Notes under the pieces: model-generated | What the model saw: only the letters and a program-made list of their open reading frames with translations | What the model was told of the DNA's origin: nothing | Database searches by the model: none | Part shown: positions 1 through 11,946 of the stretch, in pieces | How positions within the stretch are numbered: position 1 is the first letter of the stretch | Layout of the letters: each line of letters opens with the position of its first letter | Source of the DNA: Deinococcales bacterium | GTDB taxonomy: Bacteria; Deinococcota; Deinococci; Deinococcales; JAAFIG01 | DNA length: 64,000 nt | Assembly (NCBI GenBank): GCA_043778225.1 | Contig: JAYWGM010000048.1 | Location: 1 to 64,000, forward strand | Direction of reading: 5' to 3' | Made by a program: the position numbers and the translations under genes

Positions 1-102
1 GTCAAACTGTCGTTCAAACGTTAATTCGGTTTCGTTGTCACTCCTTTTAGTCGGTTAATCAGTCAAAATACGCGACTGATTAACACAATTTGGTATCAGC
101 CC

Positions 103-693
103 CTAATTGAGGGTACGTTTTTGCACCCCGACAAACTCGGACAAAATCTCGTAGCGCTCAAACAGATTTTTAGCCTCGAGTACACGCTGAGCATCCATAC
201 CGCTCAAGCGCAAATTGGCAGCAATAAATGAGGCTTTTAGGAGCATATCCTCGGGGACTTCGCTCGAGACATCACCAAATTTAGATTGCATTCGGGTTAG
301 GAATTTTTCTAAAACATCTTTGGCAATCGCTTTTGTCCAGAGCGGGTTGCTTGGCTCGAGTGGGTCGAGTTCAGCACGGGCGCAAGAATACGGATAAGTT
401 TCGTTGTCAATGTCTAAAATCCGAAAACGTTCACCACCAACCACAAGGATATTGGCACTACCGTCTGGGTTATACTCAACTTCGACCAGATGTGCCAAGG
501 TTGCTACTCGAGCAATCCGCGCTTCGGGTTCATTGGTGGCTGGCAAAACACACGGAATACCAAACGGTTCGCGGGAGTGGCGAATGCGTCCGAGTAATTC
601 TCGGTAGCGTGGTTCAAAAACGTAAAGTGGTAATGCCATACCGGGCAGCAGTACGAGTTCTCCAAGCGGAAAAAGGGGAATCTCCATAGCCAT
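103..693 (-). CDS. LON peptidase substrate-binding (N-terminal) domain protein
   Basis: IPLFPL...LLPGMALPLYVFEPRYREL motif typical of LON_substr_bdg; start trimmed to MAMEI. Confidence 0.85.
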   Translation of the reverse strand: MAMEIPLFPLGELVLLPGMALPLYVFEPRYRELLGRIRHSREPFGIPCVLPATNEPEARIARVATLAHLVEVEYNPDGSANILVVGGERFRILDIDNETYPYSCARAELDPLEPSNPLWTKAIAKDVLEKFLTRMQSKFGDVSSEVPEDMLLKASFIAANLRLSGMDAQRVLEAKNLFERYEILSEFVGVQKRTLN

Positions 694-856
694 AAAGATA
701 TTGCCTTTGGGAATTTTCGGCAATGAACTACAATACAATCTATTCCTAGCGTTGTGGACAGTTTGAATAAGAATCCTTGTTCGGTAAATTACAAAATAAA
801 TGTAGCCCAATCCAACTCAGGACATTTCCCTTCGCGCAAAAAAGCACAATAAAGTC

Positions 857-1762
857 ATGGAACTGACCTTCTCGAGCCTTGCCAGTGCCATCAGTTGGTT
901 GTTTGTGCTGCTGACCTATCAACAATACCGCGAGCGTGGCAAAACCCATCAGTTACTGTGGACACTTGGCATTGCCAGTTTTGCAATTGCCGTAACCGCC
1001 GATACGGTGGCTCGAGCGCAAGGCGGTTGGACAGAAAACGGCTACCGAATCTGGTACTTTTTTGGTGCGATGCACGGCGTAACTTTATTGGGGCATGGCA
1101 CACTCATGCTCTTAAACCGACAAAATTGGACACAGCGTTTACTCGAGGTGGTGGTGGTTGCCATGATCGTCAGCGCAGTGGTGGTCTCCAACGCCCCAAT
1201 TAACTTTGCAGCCCTGACAAGTGCTTTCGAGCCAAAAGGCACAGCTTTTCCAGACATTGCCCAAATGGGTTTTGCGACCCCGCGTTTTTGGACAATCCCG
1301 TTTAATTTGTACGGCACGGTTTGGTTGGTCGGTGGCGCACTGTACTCAAGCCTGACCTTATGGCGTTCACATCGCCCAAGAGCCATCGGCACACTTTTGA
1401 TTGCCTTGGCTGGCTTGGTGCTGGCTGGAGTCTCGAGCCTCAATCGCTTTGGGATTGATTACCTCGAAGCCATTGGGCGGATGGTTGGCGTGACGATTCT
1501 ATTTATTGGTTTTTTGTTCACCACACTCGAGCCAAATGCCCTGCCAAAAGTCAATTTGCCCAAAGTTCCACCCTTGGTGATTGCGGCTGTTTCGGGCTGG
1601 GGACTGGCTTTGGCAGCATTTTTTCAACTCGAGCCAGCCGCTTGGCAAGCCGTGATTGAATACCCCGGACTATTTTTGATTGCTGGAATTATTTTAGGTT
1701 TGTTCTGGTTAGTGCTGCAAAAAGCCCGCCAACGGGCTAAAATTTTTACAAACCATGAGTAA
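857..1762 (+). CDS. Multi-pass membrane protein, unknown function
   Basis: 301-aa ORF with about 9 hydrophobic segments; overlaps the start of the next gene. Confidence 0.7.
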   Translation: MELTFSSLASAISWLFVLLTYQQYRERGKTHQLLWTLGIASFAIAVTADTVARAQGGWTENGYRIWYFFGAMHGVTLLGHGTLMLLNRQNWTQRLLEVVVVAMIVSAVVVSNAPINFAALTSAFEPKGTAFPDIAQMGFATPRFWTIPFNLYGTVWLVGGALYSSLTLWRSHRPRAIGTLLIALAGLVLAGVSSLNRFGIDYLEAIGRMVGVTILFIGFLFTTLEPNALPKVNLPKVPPLVIAAVSGWGLALAAFFQLEPAAWQAVIEYPGLFLIAGIILGLFWLVLQKARQRAKIFTNHE

Positions 1763-2960
1763 CTGGCTGGGTTTACCTCGGAACAGCCAAAAAGCACAGG
1801 GGTTGCTGACCTTGATTGGCAGTAACTTTTTAATGTGGAGTGGCTTTTTTATGATTATTCCACTGATAAGCCTGCATTTTGTCGATAACTTGGCTTGGAG
1901 TGCTGCTTCGGTCGGTCTGGCTTTAGGAATACGCACTGTGGCACAGCAAGGTTTAGCCATTTTTAGCGGTGCGATTTCAGACAAAATCGGCGCTCGAGGC
2001 TTAATTTTATCGGGCTTAGTGATTCGCAGTCTGGGGTTTGGCAGTCTTGCATTGGTGACTGATTTCACTGGTTTGTTGTTGGCAGTGACTTTTTCTGGAA
2101 TTGGTGGAGCGCTCTTTGAAGCCCCGAAAAACGCGGCAGTGGCGGCATTGACTCCCCCCCAGACTCGTCCCAAGGTCTACGCCGTTTTAGGGATGACCGG
2201 AAGCATTGGTATGGCGCTTGGTTCTTTACTTGGTGCGGTTTTAATTAAACTTGGTTTTGAAACAGCCGCGCTGATTTCAGGGGCGGTGTATTTGCTGACT
2301 TTTTTGATCAATTGGCACTACTTACCAGATTTACGGGTCTCGAGTGGCGAACAAACAGCTTTGGCTGGCTTTGTTTTGGTTTTACAAGACCGACGATTTG
2401 TCTGGTTTACCTTTTTGTTGGCTGGAATGTTTTTGATGTGGTCACAATTTTCGCTGGCTTTAACCCTCGAGGCAACCCGTTTAGCTGGCACAACCGATGC
2501 TGTGGCATGGCTTTTTTTGGTCAACACAGGTACGGCAATTGCTTTACAGTACCCGATGACCACGTTTAGCCGCCGCTATTTTTCGGATGTGCATTGCCTG
2601 ATGCTCGGTGTCTTGATGATGGCATTGGCACTCTATGGGGTGGCTTTTTCAAACACGATTGTTTGGCTACTGATTTGCGTCGCATTTTTTTCGATTGGCT
2701 CGAGTCTTGCCAGCGCCCCACAACAAACCATCACGGCTCAATTGGCAAATCCCCAAGCTCGAGGCACTTATTTTGGCTTTAGCGCCTTGGCTTTTGCCCT
2801 TGGTGGTGGCTTGGGCAATGCCCTTGGCGGCGTGTTGCACGATTTTGGGAATCAAATTGGCTGGCTTGGCTTACCTTGGATTCTGATTGGCTCGAGCGGA
2901 ATGCTGACGGCTTTAGCGTTGTGGTTTTTTGCCAAGACGATGCCAAAAAATTTAAGCTGA
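1755..2960 (+). CDS. MFS transporter (MdtH-like)
   Basis: MFS motif A-like [11 protein letters not shown]; about 12 TM segments; 401 aa. Confidence 0.85.
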   Translation: MSNWLGLPRNSQKAQGLLTLIGSNFLMWSGFFMIIPLISLHFVDNLAWSAASVGLALGIRTVAQQGLAIFSGAISDKIGARGLILSGLVIRSLGFGSLALVTDFTGLLLAVTFSGIGGALFEAPKNAAVAALTPPQTRPKVYAVLGMTGSIGMALGSLLGAVLIKLGFETAALISGAVYLLTFLINWHYLPDLRVSSGEQTALAGFVLVLQDRRFVWFTFLLAGMFLMWSQFSLALTLEATRLAGTTDAVAWLFLVNTGTAIALQYPMTTFSRRYFSDVHCLMLGVLMMALALYGVAFSNTIVWLLICVAFFSIGSSLASAPQQTITAQLANPQARGTYFGFSALAFALGGGLGNALGGVLHDFGNQIGWLGLPWILIGSSGMLTALALWFFAKTMPKNLS

Positions 2961-4451
2961 TTGCTTTGTTGGTTTCGATCGCCACCAACGCAAAAGTGGC
3001 GGAAGCACCAGTGTCAGCAGTGCAATTGCTAGAATTGTGGCACTGATTGGGCGCGTTAAAAAGACACTGGCATCGCCTTGCGAAATCCCCATTGCCCGAC
3101 GAAATTGTTCTTCGGCTTTTGGTCCTAGAATCATCCCAACAATGGCTGGCGCAATTGGAATATCAAAACGGCGCATAAAATAACCAAGAATGCCAATGAT
3201 GCCAAGCAAAGCCAAATCAAAAACGCTGTTATTCAAACTATAGACACCGATACTGGCAAAAACCAAAATCCCACCGTACAAAAGTGGGCGTGGAATCTCG
3301 AGCAAGCGCACCCAGACTCCGGCTAAAGGCAAATTCAAAATCAGCAGCAGGACATTACCAATGTATAAACTGGCAATTAAACCCCAAACCAAATTGCCGT
3401 TGGTGGCAAACAACAGTGGACCCGGTTGAATCCCATAACTCTGAAAAGCCGCCAACATAATCGCTGCGGTGGCACTGGTTGGTAAACCAAGGGTTAAAAG
3501 CGGCACAAGCACACCCGCCGCACTGGCGTTGTTGGCGGCTTCTGGTCCTGCCACCCCTTCGATAGCCCCATGTCCAAATTCTTCTGGGTTTTTGGCAAGG
3601 CGTTTCTCGAGTGCGTAAGATAAAAACGTCGGGATTTCCGCTCCACCGGCTGGCATCACCCCAAATGGGAAACCAAGCGCCGTCCCACGCAGCCACGGTT
3701 TCCATGAACGCGCCCAATCTTCTTTGGTCATGCTGGCACGTTCGCGCAGCTTAATCACATCTTGTCCAGCCCGAAATCTCGAGGCAACATATAAAGTCTC
3801 GCCGACTGCAAATAAACCCACCACAACAATCACGACTTCGATACCATCGGCGAGTTCGGCAAAGCCAAGGTCAAACCTCGATTGCCCAGTCAGCACATCT
3901 GTACCAACCAAACCAAGTAAAATCCCAAAAAACAAGCCAAAAATACCGCGCAGTGGGCTACCACCCAAAACCGCACTGACGGTGATAAACGAGAGCATCA
4001 TGACCGCAAAGTATTCAGCCGCCCCAAATGCCAAAGCTAAATTGACCGCCACAGGTGCAAAAAAAGTCAGCAGGATGGTGGCAATTGTTCCAGCCACAAA
4101 ACTTCCTATGGCGGCAGTGGCTAAAGCGGCTGCACCTCGACCGGCTCGAGCCATTTTGTTGCCCTCGAGACTGGTGATGATGCTGGCACTTTCGCCAGGT
4201 GTATTGAGGAGAATACTGGTGGTGCTGCCGCCGTACATTGCACCGTAATAGATACCAGCAAACATGATAAACGCCGAGACTGGCTCGACCTTAAAAGTGA
4301 CGGGCAGCAACAACGCCACGGTTAAAGCTGGTCCAATGCCCGGCAAGACCCCAACCATCGTGCCAAGGAAAACACCGATAAAACCAAAAAGTAAATTGGT
4401 TGGGGTCATCGCTACCGAAAAACCAGAAATAAGTGATTGTAGTGTTTCCAT
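2952..4451 (-). CDS. tctA: Tripartite tricarboxylate transporter permease TctA
   Basis: [15 protein letters not shown]...NTPG and PEAANNA motifs. Confidence 0.95.
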   Translation of the reverse strand: METLQSLISGFSVAMTPTNLLFGFIGVFLGTMVGVLPGIGPALTVALLLPVTFKVEPVSAFIMFAGIYYGAMYGGSTTSILLNTPGESASIITSLEGNKMARAGRGAAALATAAIGSFVAGTIATILLTFFAPVAVNLALAFGAAEYFAVMMLSFITVSAVLGGSPLRGIFGLFFGILLGLVGTDVLTGQSRFDLGFAELADGIEVVIVVVGLFAVGETLYVASRFRAGQDVIKLRERASMTKEDWARSWKPWLRGTALGFPFGVMPAGGAEIPTFLSYALEKRLAKNPEEFGHGAIEGVAGPEAANNASAAGVLVPLLTLGLPTSATAAIMLAAFQSYGIQPGPLLFATNGNLVWGLIASLYIGNVLLLILNLPLAGVWVRLLEIPRPLLYGGILVFASIGVYSLNNSVFDLALLGIIGILGYFMRRFDIPIAPAIVGMILGPKAEEQFRRAMGISQGDASVFLTRPISATILAIALLTLVLPPLLRWWRSKPTKQSA

Positions 4452-4539
4452 AGAACCTCGGTGAGCTTTGGGCTTTGTTTCTCGAGAAATCGTGTATCAA
4501 TTTGTTTATGGCTCAGGACTCATTGCCCAATCAGCCATT

Positions 4540-5046
4540 CTAAAACGGCAGAATTCCAGCCGGTAACTGTAAGCCCAGCCCTCGAGTAAAACCAAAGTAT
4601 GCAATCACCGAAACCACCACGCCAATTAAAAAATCTGTAGCAAAAGCTCGAGGACGAGCAGCCAACGCCACTGGGCGAAAACCCTGTGCAGTGGTGGCAA
4701 ACATCAGGCTCGAGGTGATTACAAAACCCAGAAAACCAATCAACAGAATTTGCACCAACAAGCCGCCGCCGACAAAAACAATTGCCAAATAATTGGTGGC
4801 AGCATTGGGGTCAGCATCTTCTTCGGCGGCTGGTTCGGCTTTGTCGCCGCGCAGGGCATTGACCAATAATAAAATTGCCATGGCGGTTAAACCTAGCCCG
4901 ACGATAAACGGAAAAATATTGGGCGGCACTCGAGCAAAGGTACTGGTGCTGCTCATGCCGTTGGCTTGGAGCAGCACAAAAATGCCGAGAACAACCCCCG
5001 CCAATGCAAAGACGACATCCGGCAGACTGACTCGAGTTGGTTTCAT
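4540..5046 (-). CDS. tctB: Tripartite tricarboxylate transporter small subunit TctB
   Basis: Small membrane protein ending FTRGLGLQLPAGIL; lies between tctC and tctA. Confidence 0.9.
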   Translation of the reverse strand: MKPTRVSLPDVVFALAGVVLGIFVLLQANGMSSTSTFARVPPNIFPFIVGLGLTAMAILLLVNALRGDKAEPAAEEDADPNAATNYLAIVFVGGGLLVQILLIGFLGFVITSSLMFATTAQGFRPVALAARPRAFATDFLIGVVVSVIAYFGFTRGLGLQLPAGILPF

Positions 5047-5068
5047 GTTTATTCCTCAGTGCAAAAAG

Positions 5069-5096
5069 CAGGGCGGACGCTAATGTCCGCCCCGAC
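5069..5096 (-). repeat. Single REP-like hairpin (GTCGGGGCGGACATTAGCGTCCGCCCTG)
   Basis: GC-rich palindrome between tctC and tctB; same GTNGGGGCG...CGCCCTG layout as the REPs at 37767-37839. Confidence 0.55.
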
Positions 5097-5102
5097 AACT
5101 GC

Positions 5103-6062
5103 TTACTTTAACAAACCAATGTCTTTTAAGGTTTTGACGATTTTATCGTCCTCGAGTTTGAGGAAGACCTCAAATTTTGCACCAGACTGGTAAAGATCAA
5201 TCCAACCTTTTTGTTTGAGCATTTCTTTCCACTGTGGTGTGGCGTTCATTTTGTCCATCAGACCAACCAATTCAAGGCGGCGGCTTTCGGTAATCCCCGG
5301 AGGGGCAACAATGCCGCGCCAATTGGCAATTTCGACATTGACTTTTTGTTCCTTAAACGATGGCGCATTGACTCCAGCGATTCTCTTGGCACTCGAGACA
5401 CCCAAAAGGCGCAATTTGCCAGCTTCAACTTGGGGCAGAAATTCGGACAGGCTCGAGACTCCAGCTGCGACTTGATTACCCAACAACGAAGCCAATGCTT
5501 CGCCGCCACCAGCATATGGCACATAATTAACTTTAGCCATATCCGTACCACTGGCTTTGGCGAGTAAACCGACCGTGATGTGGTCTGTGCCACCAGCACT
5601 ACCGCCAGCAATCGGCGTACCACCGGGGTTGGCTTTCCAAGCCGCTAAGAAGTCGCTCAGGTTCTGGATTTTGCTACTGGCTGGCACAACCAAGGCTTGA
5701 AATTCGCCCGTCAAACGTGCAATCGGTGTAACCATGTCGAGGTTGGCTTTACTTTTGTTGGTTTGAATTGCACCAACCATGACTAAGCCCATGACCATCA
5801 GTTGATTGCCATCGCCTTTGGCATTGACAAACTGGGCTAAACCGACTGTACCACCCGCACCAGCCACATTTGAGACTTGAATCCCAGTAGCCAGTTTCGT
5901 ACCCTCGAGAACATTTTGAATCGAGCGAGCCGTCTGGTCCCAACCACCACCCGGCGCGGCTGGTGCCATAATTTTAAGCCCATTGACCTGTGCCACACTC
6001 GAGACCCCAAAACCCGCCAGCAGGGCTGCCATACCAAGACCGAACAACATTCGCTTTTGCAT
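5103..6062 (-). CDS. tctC: Tripartite tricarboxylate transporter substrate-binding protein TctC (Bug family)
   Basis: [13 protein letters not shown] and [10 protein letters not shown] motifs, signal peptide; GGAGGA RBS before ATG at 6062. Confidence 0.93.
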   Translation of the reverse strand: MQKRMLFGLGMAALLAGFGVSSVAQVNGLKIMAPAAPGGGWDQTARSIQNVLEGTKLATGIQVSNVAGAGGTVGLAQFVNAKGDGNQLMVMGLVMVGAIQTNKSKANLDMVTPIARLTGEFQALVVPASSKIQNLSDFLAAWKANPGGTPIAGGSAGGTDHITVGLLAKASGTDMAKVNYVPYAGGGEALASLLGNQVAAGVSSLSEFLPQVEAGKLRLLGVSSAKRIAGVNAPSFKEQKVNVEIANWRGIVAPPGITESRRLELVGLMDKMNATPQWKEMLKQKGWIDLYQSGAKFEVFLKLEDDKIVKTLKDIGLLK

Positions 6063-6173
6063 ATTTCCTCCAATTGTAATTGTGACCAGATTGTATGAGC
6101 CTTTAAGCCCCTTGCATAGACTTTTGTTCATGGCTGTAAACAAAAGCAGCTCGAGTTTGCTACGATAGGTCTT

Positions 6174-7805
6174 GTGGCGCAAAAACCCAGTTTTGTTCCC
6201 AGTGTTCGCCGCACTTGGGGAATCCAGCAGCGCTTTTTTTTGCTGCAAGCAGTTTTGTTTGCACTTTTAACGCTTATTTTGGCTGGGGTACAAATCAGTA
6301 CCTTACGAAGCTCACTCGAGCAAGATTATGGCATTCGAGCCTTAAATGTGTCGCGCTCGGTGGCACTGATGCCAACCATCATCAGTGCCATGAATGACCC
6401 AAAGCCAGAATTGGTTATCAACCCTTTGGTCAACAAGTTGCGGACTCGAGTCAGTGCTGATTTTATTGTGGTTGGGAATCTCGAGGAAGTGCGCTATTCG
6501 CATCCATTGCCAGAGCGGATTGGGCAAAAAATGGTTGGCAACGATAATCAAGCGCCATTTGCTGGACAAGAAATCGTCAGTGTGGCGGTCGGTTCGTTGG
6601 GGCGTTCGATTCGCGGCAAAGTACCACTTTTTGCCGCCAATGGCAAAGTGATTGGGGTGGTCAGCACAGGTTTTTTATTACCAACCGTACAAAGCACTTT
6701 TTTGACGGTACTACAAACTTTACTGCCTTGGTATGGATTGGCATTGGTGGTGGCGCTGGTTTCCTCGAGCTTGATTGCGCGGCGCTTAAAACGCGAAATG
6801 TTTGACCTCGAGCCAGAGCAGATTGCCGCCCTGGTGCGCCAGCACCAAGCCACCTTGAGCGCCATGCAGGAAGGAGTTTTGGTGCTTGACCCGGATTCAA
6901 AAATTCAAGTTCAGAACTCTCGAGCCGAACAAATGCTTGGTGCAACGATTGGCGCAGCCTTACCTGAGATTTGGCACGAATTAGCTGCTCATCAACTCGA
7001 GGTGATGCAGAATATGGCATTTCGGTTTGGCAATCAGCACCTGATGGTCTCAAAACTCGAGATGGGGGCAGGTTGGAGTGTGGTGATTTTTCGTGACCGT
7101 GCCGAAGTGCTCGAAATTGCCCAGCAACTGACTCAGACTCAGCAGTATGCCGACCTTTTGCGGGCGCAAACCCATGAGTTCCAGAATCGTTTGCACACCA
7201 TTTCTGGCTTAATTCAACTTGGGCAACTCGAGACGGCGCTGGGCATTATTCGCCATGCCTCAGAGCGCAGCCATGCCCTCAAAGAACTCCTGCATGACCT
7301 CGAGATACCGCAAGTGGCTGCCCTGATTATTGGCAAGTACGAACGTGCCGAAGAACTGGGGGTGCAATTTAGCCTCGAATCTGGCTCGAGTTTACCCAAA
7401 CGCTGGGCGAGTCTTGGTACAGAAAGCCTTGTGCTGATGATTGGCAATTTACTCGAGAATGCTTTTGATGCCGCTCAAGAAAGTCAGCCAAAACGGGTTG
7501 AATTGATGCTTGGCACAGACCCAGACGGCTTACAAATCGAAGTTCGAGATTCTGGAGCGGGGATTCCAGTCTGGCTCGAGGCTCGGGTTTTTGAGCGTTC
7601 GGTCAGCAGCAAAGGCAGTGGGCGTGGTTATGGACTTGGTTTGGTACGCCAACACGTGCTGGCCTTGGGTGGCTCATTGCAGTTTTTTCGGCGCGAACAG
7701 CAAACGGTATTTCAGATTAGTTTTGGACCAGAAACGATTCTTGAGCCGCCCAGCCAAGCAAACATTTTAGAAAAACGACCACCAGCCCTCGGAGCAGAAA
7801 CATGA
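6174..7805 (+). CDS. CitA/DcuS-family sensor histidine kinase
   Basis: sCache-like periplasmic domain, [19 protein letters not shown]-box, [10 protein letters not shown]-box, G-boxes. Confidence 0.9.
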   Translation: MAQKPSFVPSVRRTWGIQQRFFLLQAVLFALLTLILAGVQISTLRSSLEQDYGIRALNVSRSVALMPTIISAMNDPKPELVINPLVNKLRTRVSADFIVVGNLEEVRYSHPLPERIGQKMVGNDNQAPFAGQEIVSVAVGSLGRSIRGKVPLFAANGKVIGVVSTGFLLPTVQSTFLTVLQTLLPWYGLALVVALVSSSLIARRLKREMFDLEPEQIAALVRQHQATLSAMQEGVLVLDPDSKIQVQNSRAEQMLGATIGAALPEIWHELAAHQLEVMQNMAFRFGNQHLMVSKLEMGAGWSVVIFRDRAEVLEIAQQLTQTQQYADLLRAQTHEFQNRLHTISGLIQLGQLETALGIIRHASERSHALKELLHDLEIPQVAALIIGKYERAEELGVQFSLESGSSLPKRWASLGTESLVLMIGNLLENAFDAAQESQPKRVELMLGTDPDGLQIEVRDSGAGIPVWLEARVFERSVSSKGSGRGYGLGLVRQHVLALGGSLQFFRREQQTVFQISFGPETILEPPSQANILEKRPPALGAET

Positions 7806-8473
7806 ACTTAACGCGAGCCGCCACCCAAGTCTTGTTAATCGAAGACGACCCATGGGTGGCACAAATTAACGCCCAAATGGTCTCGAGTATTGCAGGTTTT
7901 GAGGTTGTGGGTCTTGCCCGCACCATCCGCGACGCCAAAAAACGGGTGCTTGAGTTGTACCCGCAGTTATTGCTCATCGATGTCTACTTGCCCGATGGCA
8001 ATGGGCTAGACTTTTTGCATCAGTTGCGTCAAGAGCGGATTCAATTTGACGCGATGATGATAACCGCCGACAACGACCATGCAAGTGTAAAAAATGCGCT
8101 TTCTGATGGTGTTTTTGACTATTTAATTAAGCCATTTGAACGCTCGAGACTCGAAATGGCACTCGAGCGCTATGCAACTCGGCATCAGTGGCAAAATGAA
8201 AAACAACTCAACCAAGCCAAAATAGACCACCTGCTGGGGCATAAATTCGAGCCAGATTTACCCAAAGGCATAGACCCACATAAACTCGAGCAAATAAAAG
8301 CGATACTGCGTTTGCAAAATCGAGCCGCCAGTGCCGAAGAGATTGCGGTCAGCATCGGCATCAGTCGTGTGACCGCATGGCGCTACCTGGAGTATTTATG
8401 CAGCACCAATTGGGCAATCCTCGAGAACGACCAAAGTGGCACAGGCAGACCCGTCAAACGTTACCGCATATGA
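7802..8473 (+). CDS. CitB/DcuR-family response regulator
   Basis: Receiver domain (LIEDD, DVYLPDGNG, KPF); C-terminal SRVTAWRYLEYL...GRP HTH. Confidence 0.9.
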   Translation: MNLTRAATQVLLIEDDPWVAQINAQMVSSIAGFEVVGLARTIRDAKKRVLELYPQLLLIDVYLPDGNGLDFLHQLRQERIQFDAMMITADNDHASVKNALSDGVFDYLIKPFERSRLEMALERYATRHQWQNEKQLNQAKIDHLLGHKFEPDLPKGIDPHKLEQIKAILRLQNRAASAEEIAVSIGISRVTAWRYLEYLCSTNWAILENDQSGTGRPVKRYRI

Positions 8474-8519
8474 ATCTTGTGGAAACTGCTTTCCATGCAA
8501 CTTTGTGTAGACTGTAGCC

Positions 8520-8999
8520 ATGAAAATAAAATCGCTTTTGGCAATCGCGCTTGCGGTGCTACTCTGGTCTGGGTCAGCCCGAGCCCAAGATTTTAGCCTG
8601 CGCTTTGGTTTAGCGCTTTTAACCATTCCAAGTTTGCAAATTGCTTCAGAAATCAGTTTTGGAGCATTCGGTTTGGGTTCTCGAGTCACGGCTGGAACGA
8701 CGATTTTATTGTCCCGAGTGCAACTGGACGGCTATGTTTTTGTGCCATTGGCTGGGGCTTGGCAGGTTTATTTTGGTCTTGGGGTTGGCTCGTTTCTGGA
8801 TATATTTAGCGGCACACTCAACGACTTTCATGGCTTACTTGGGGTGCGTTTAAGCAGTGGGATTTTTCTCGAGTTTGTACCGCGTTTATTTTTGAGCAAT
8901 GGTTGCAATCAAAATTCTGGTTGCCAGAATTCCAATGGGCAAGTTCGCGCCATCGGTTGGGGTATTGATTTTGGCTTGGGCTTTGCATGGCGATTGTAA
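8520..8999 (+). CDS. Secreted or outer-membrane beta-barrel-like hypothetical protein
   Basis: Signal peptide (ARA|Q), alternating hydrophobic strands, aromatic C-terminal strand; TAGACT 6 nt upstream of ATG. Confidence 0.65.
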   Translation: MKIKSLLAIALAVLLWSGSARAQDFSLRFGLALLTIPSLQIASEISFGAFGLGSRVTAGTTILLSRVQLDGYVFVPLAGAWQVYFGLGVGSFLDIFSGTLNDFHGLLGVRLSSGIFLEFVPRLFLSNGCNQNSGCQNSNGQVRAIGWGIDFGLGFAWRL

Positions 9000-9057
9000 C
9001 TAAGCAAAAGTTTTCTGATTAGGTTAAACTGGCTTTAGTTGTGACAGGAGTTTTTTC

Positions 9058-11268
9058 ATGAACCGCTACGATGACCGCGCCCGACTTGTATTTCATTATG
9101 CTCGAGAAGAAGGTTCTAAACTCGGTCATGCCATGATTGGACCTGAGCATTTGCTGCTTGGCTTAATGCGTGAAGGCGGAACTGCCTGCCGTATCCTGAC
9201 CGAGTTTGGCGCAACCCTAGAAGGTTTTCGCCGTCGGGTCGAAGAAATTATTGGGCGCGGTGAGGGTTTACGCCACACCGAAGCCCCAGCCATCACTCCA
9301 AGGGCGCGTCGTGTGATGGAACTTGCTTCGTCCGAAGCCAGAAACCTTGGCAGCCAAGTGATAGGCACAGAGCATATTTTGCTTGGAATCCTGCGTGAAG
9401 GCGACGGCGTGGCGTATCGTATCCTGACCGATTTGGCTCGAGACCCAGACACGATTCGCTGGCGTATTTTAGCCCACACCGACCCCAAACAAGAACCAAA
9501 AAATGTCAATACCCCATTTTTAGACGAGTACGGACGCGATTTAACCAAGGAAGCCCGAGATGGAAAACTCGACCCTGTGATTGGGCGCAGCGAAGAAATT
9601 CGCCGTGTGGTGCAAATTCTCTCGCGCCGCACCAAAAATAACCCCGTCCTCATCGGCGACCCTGGTGTAGGTAAAACCGCGATTGCCGAAGGTTTAGCTT
9701 TAGCCATTTTCGAGAAACGAGTACCAGACAACTTGAAAAATGTCCGCTTAATTTCCATAGATTTATCGGGTGTCGTCGCGGGGACAAAATACCGTGGCGA
9801 ATTTGAGGAGCGCTTGCGCCAAATCATCGAAGAATTGCGTCAGGCTCGAGTCGTGGCATTTGTGGACGAGTTGCATACACTTGTTGGGGCTGGCGGCGCA
9901 GAAGGCACACTTGATGCCGCCAATATCCTTAAACCAGCCTTGGCTCGAGGTGAAGTCCAAGTGATTGGCGCAACCACGACTGGCGAGTATCACCGCTATA
10001 TCGAGAAAGATGCAGCCTTAGAACGGCGTTTCCAGCCTGTGCTGGTTCTCGAGCCTAGCCCCGAAGAAACCGTCGAGATTTTGCGCGGCTTAAAACCGCG
10101 TTACGAAGAGCATCACAATGTGATTATTCCAGATTCAATGCTGATTCTGGCGGTCAAGGTTGGCGAGCGCAGTTTGCCGGGGCGCAATTTCCCCGATAAA
10201 GCCATTGACCTGATTGACGAAGCTGGCTCGAGGGTGCGCTTAAATGCCAGCCTCAATATGCCAGTCTTAGAAGATGCCAGTGGTACACCGATTGTCTCGA
10301 GAGAGGACATCGAAGCGGTGGTGGATTCGTGGGGCGGAGTCTATATCGATGACCGCGACGACCAAAAATTGCTTGGACTCGAGGAAGAATTGCGGGCGCA
10401 GGTCTTTGGGCAACCCGACGCGGTGCGCTCCTTGGCTTCGGCACTGCGTCGTTCTCGAGTTGGCTTGGGTGGACAAACCCGTTTGGCAGCCAGTTTTCTC
10501 TTTGTTGGCTCGAGTGGGGTTGGCAAAACTCACCTTGCCAAAGCCTTAGCAAAAACCTTGTTTGGTTCTGACCGCAGCCTAATTCGTTTTGATATGTCCG
10601 AGTACCAAGAAGCCCACAGTGTTTCTAAACTGATTGGCGCACCGCCGGGCTACGTGGGCTACGACCAGGGTGGGCGTTTGACCGAAAGTGTGCGTCGTCA
10701 GCCGTTTAGTGTGATTTTGCTTGATGAAATCGAAAAAGCCCATCCAGATGTCTATAACACCTTTTTGCAAGTCATGGACGATGGGCGCTTGACCGATGGG
10801 ATGGGGCGAGCCGTAGACTTTAAGCGCTGTATTTTAATCATGACCAGCAACACCGGCTTTAACGTGTCTGGCGGTGTGCGCTTTGCTGGCGACTCGGAAA
10901 TTACCGACACCCAGCCCGTCAAGAACCTCTTTACCCCAGAATTTTTAGATCGCCTTGATGAAGTGATTCGCTTTAAGCCACTGGGCGAAGACGAGTTAAT
11001 TAACATCTCGAGAACCCTATTAGAAGAGATGCGCCTTGAGCTAAAAAGCCGCGATTTACGGATTAATTTTGATTCTAAAATCGCCGCCTATTTGGTCTCG
11101 AAAGTCAAACTTAAAGGCTCGAGCCGTCAGTTGAGGGCAATTATCCGCGATGAAATCGAAGACCCCTTGGCAATGGCGCTGCTGACCTTCCCCGAGGGCG
11201 AGGTCTTTGTTTCGATGCAATCTGGGAAAATTGAATTTGCACGGCTTGATTTGGTGGCTGATTTCTAA
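9058..11268 (+). CDS. clpC: ATP-dependent Clp protease ATP-binding subunit ClpC
   Basis: Clp N repeats (EHLLLGL), two AAA modules ([16 protein letters not shown]), [13 protein letters not shown]. Confidence 0.93.
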   Translation: MNRYDDRARLVFHYAREEGSKLGHAMIGPEHLLLGLMREGGTACRILTEFGATLEGFRRRVEEIIGRGEGLRHTEAPAITPRARRVMELASSEARNLGSQVIGTEHILLGILREGDGVAYRILTDLARDPDTIRWRILAHTDPKQEPKNVNTPFLDEYGRDLTKEARDGKLDPVIGRSEEIRRVVQILSRRTKNNPVLIGDPGVGKTAIAEGLALAIFEKRVPDNLKNVRLISIDLSGVVAGTKYRGEFEERLRQIIEELRQARVVAFVDELHTLVGAGGAEGTLDAANILKPALARGEVQVIGATTTGEYHRYIEKDAALERRFQPVLVLEPSPEETVEILRGLKPRYEEHHNVIIPDSMLILAVKVGERSLPGRNFPDKAIDLIDEAGSRVRLNASLNMPVLEDASGTPIVSREDIEAVVDSWGGVYIDDRDDQKLLGLEEELRAQVFGQPDAVRSLASALRRSRVGLGGQTRLAASFLFVGSSGVGKTHLAKALAKTLFGSDRSLIRFDMSEYQEAHSVSKLIGAPPGYVGYDQGGRLTESVRRQPFSVILLDEIEKAHPDVYNTFLQVMDDGRLTDGMGRAVDFKRCILIMTSNTGFNVSGGVRFAGDSEITDTQPVKNLFTPEFLDRLDEVIRFKPLGEDELINISRTLLEEMRLELKSRDLRINFDSKIAAYLVSKVKLKGSSRQLRAIIRDEIEDPLAMALLTFPEGEVFVSMQSGKIEFARLDLVADF

Positions 11269-11302
11269 ATACATACTGACTAACTTGTGTTATGCTTAGC
11301 TA

Positions 11303-11542
11303 ATGTTGTCTGTTAATATGCTCGAAGCAAAAACACAGCTTTCAAAATTGGTTGAACGCGCCTTAAATGGTGAAGAAGTCGTCATTGCTCGAGATGGTCA
11401 ACCACAAGTTCGGCTTGTGCCAGTAAGACAAAAATTGCTTCGACCTATCGGTCTACACTCAGCCATAGGATTGAGTCAGCAAAGCCTAAAAGAAAGTATT
11501 TCACCGCTCTCAGCCGAAGAACTTGAGGCATGGAATGGCTAA
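11303..11542 (+). CDS. Type II antitoxin, Phd/YefM family
   Basis: VNMLEAKTQLSKLVERALNGEEVVIARDG pattern; leaderless TATGCT-6nt-ATG. Confidence 0.9.
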   Translation: MLSVNMLEAKTQLSKLVERALNGEEVVIARDGQPQVRLVPVRQKLLRPIGLHSAIGLSQQSLKESISPLSAEELEAWNG

Positions 11543-11927
11543 AAGTGTTCTAATAGATTCTCATGTCTTACTTTGGTTCAATCACAAACCAGATGAACTC
11601 AGCCCTCGGGTAACGACACTAATGCGTGACCCAGAAGTAGTTATTTTTGTTTCAAGTATGACAGCACATGAACTAGCCGTAAAATTTGCCAACGGTAAGT
11701 TGCCTGAAGCGATAACACTGATTGATGATTTTCTAGGAATACTCAGCCGCTACGGGTTTCATGAATTGCCATATACCATCAACGATGCACTAAGAGCCGC
11801 CAAACTGGAAGGAGAACACAAAGACCCTTTTGACCGTGCATTAAGCGCTCAGGCACTCGAACGAAATTACGATTTGGTCAGTATTGATAAGGTGTTGGAT
11901 CAATTTGGAGTGCAGCGCATTTGGTAA
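11535..11927 (+). CDS. vapC: Type II toxin VapC (PIN domain)
   Basis: LIDSHVLLW...HKDPFDRAL..QA PIN motifs; overlaps the antitoxin stop. Confidence 0.9.
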   Translation: MAKSVLIDSHVLLWFNHKPDELSPRVTTLMRDPEVVIFVSSMTAHELAVKFANGKLPEAITLIDDFLGILSRYGFHELPYTINDALRAAKLEGEHKDPFDRALSAQALERNYDLVSIDKVLDQFGVQRIW

Positions 11928-11946
11928 TCTGAAATCAAAGACGCTT

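Noticed and set aside
6063..6248. N-terminal extensions in the ORF track (tctC here; likewise thiolase, arsR, rpsL, araA, GH42 and the AAA ATPase)
   Set aside because: Downstream starts have an SD or leaderless -10 box and match the family N-termini.
11303..11927. vapBC as a novel system
   Set aside because: Ordinary type II toxin-antitoxin pair; notable only for scarce CTCGAG, which suggests recent acquisition.
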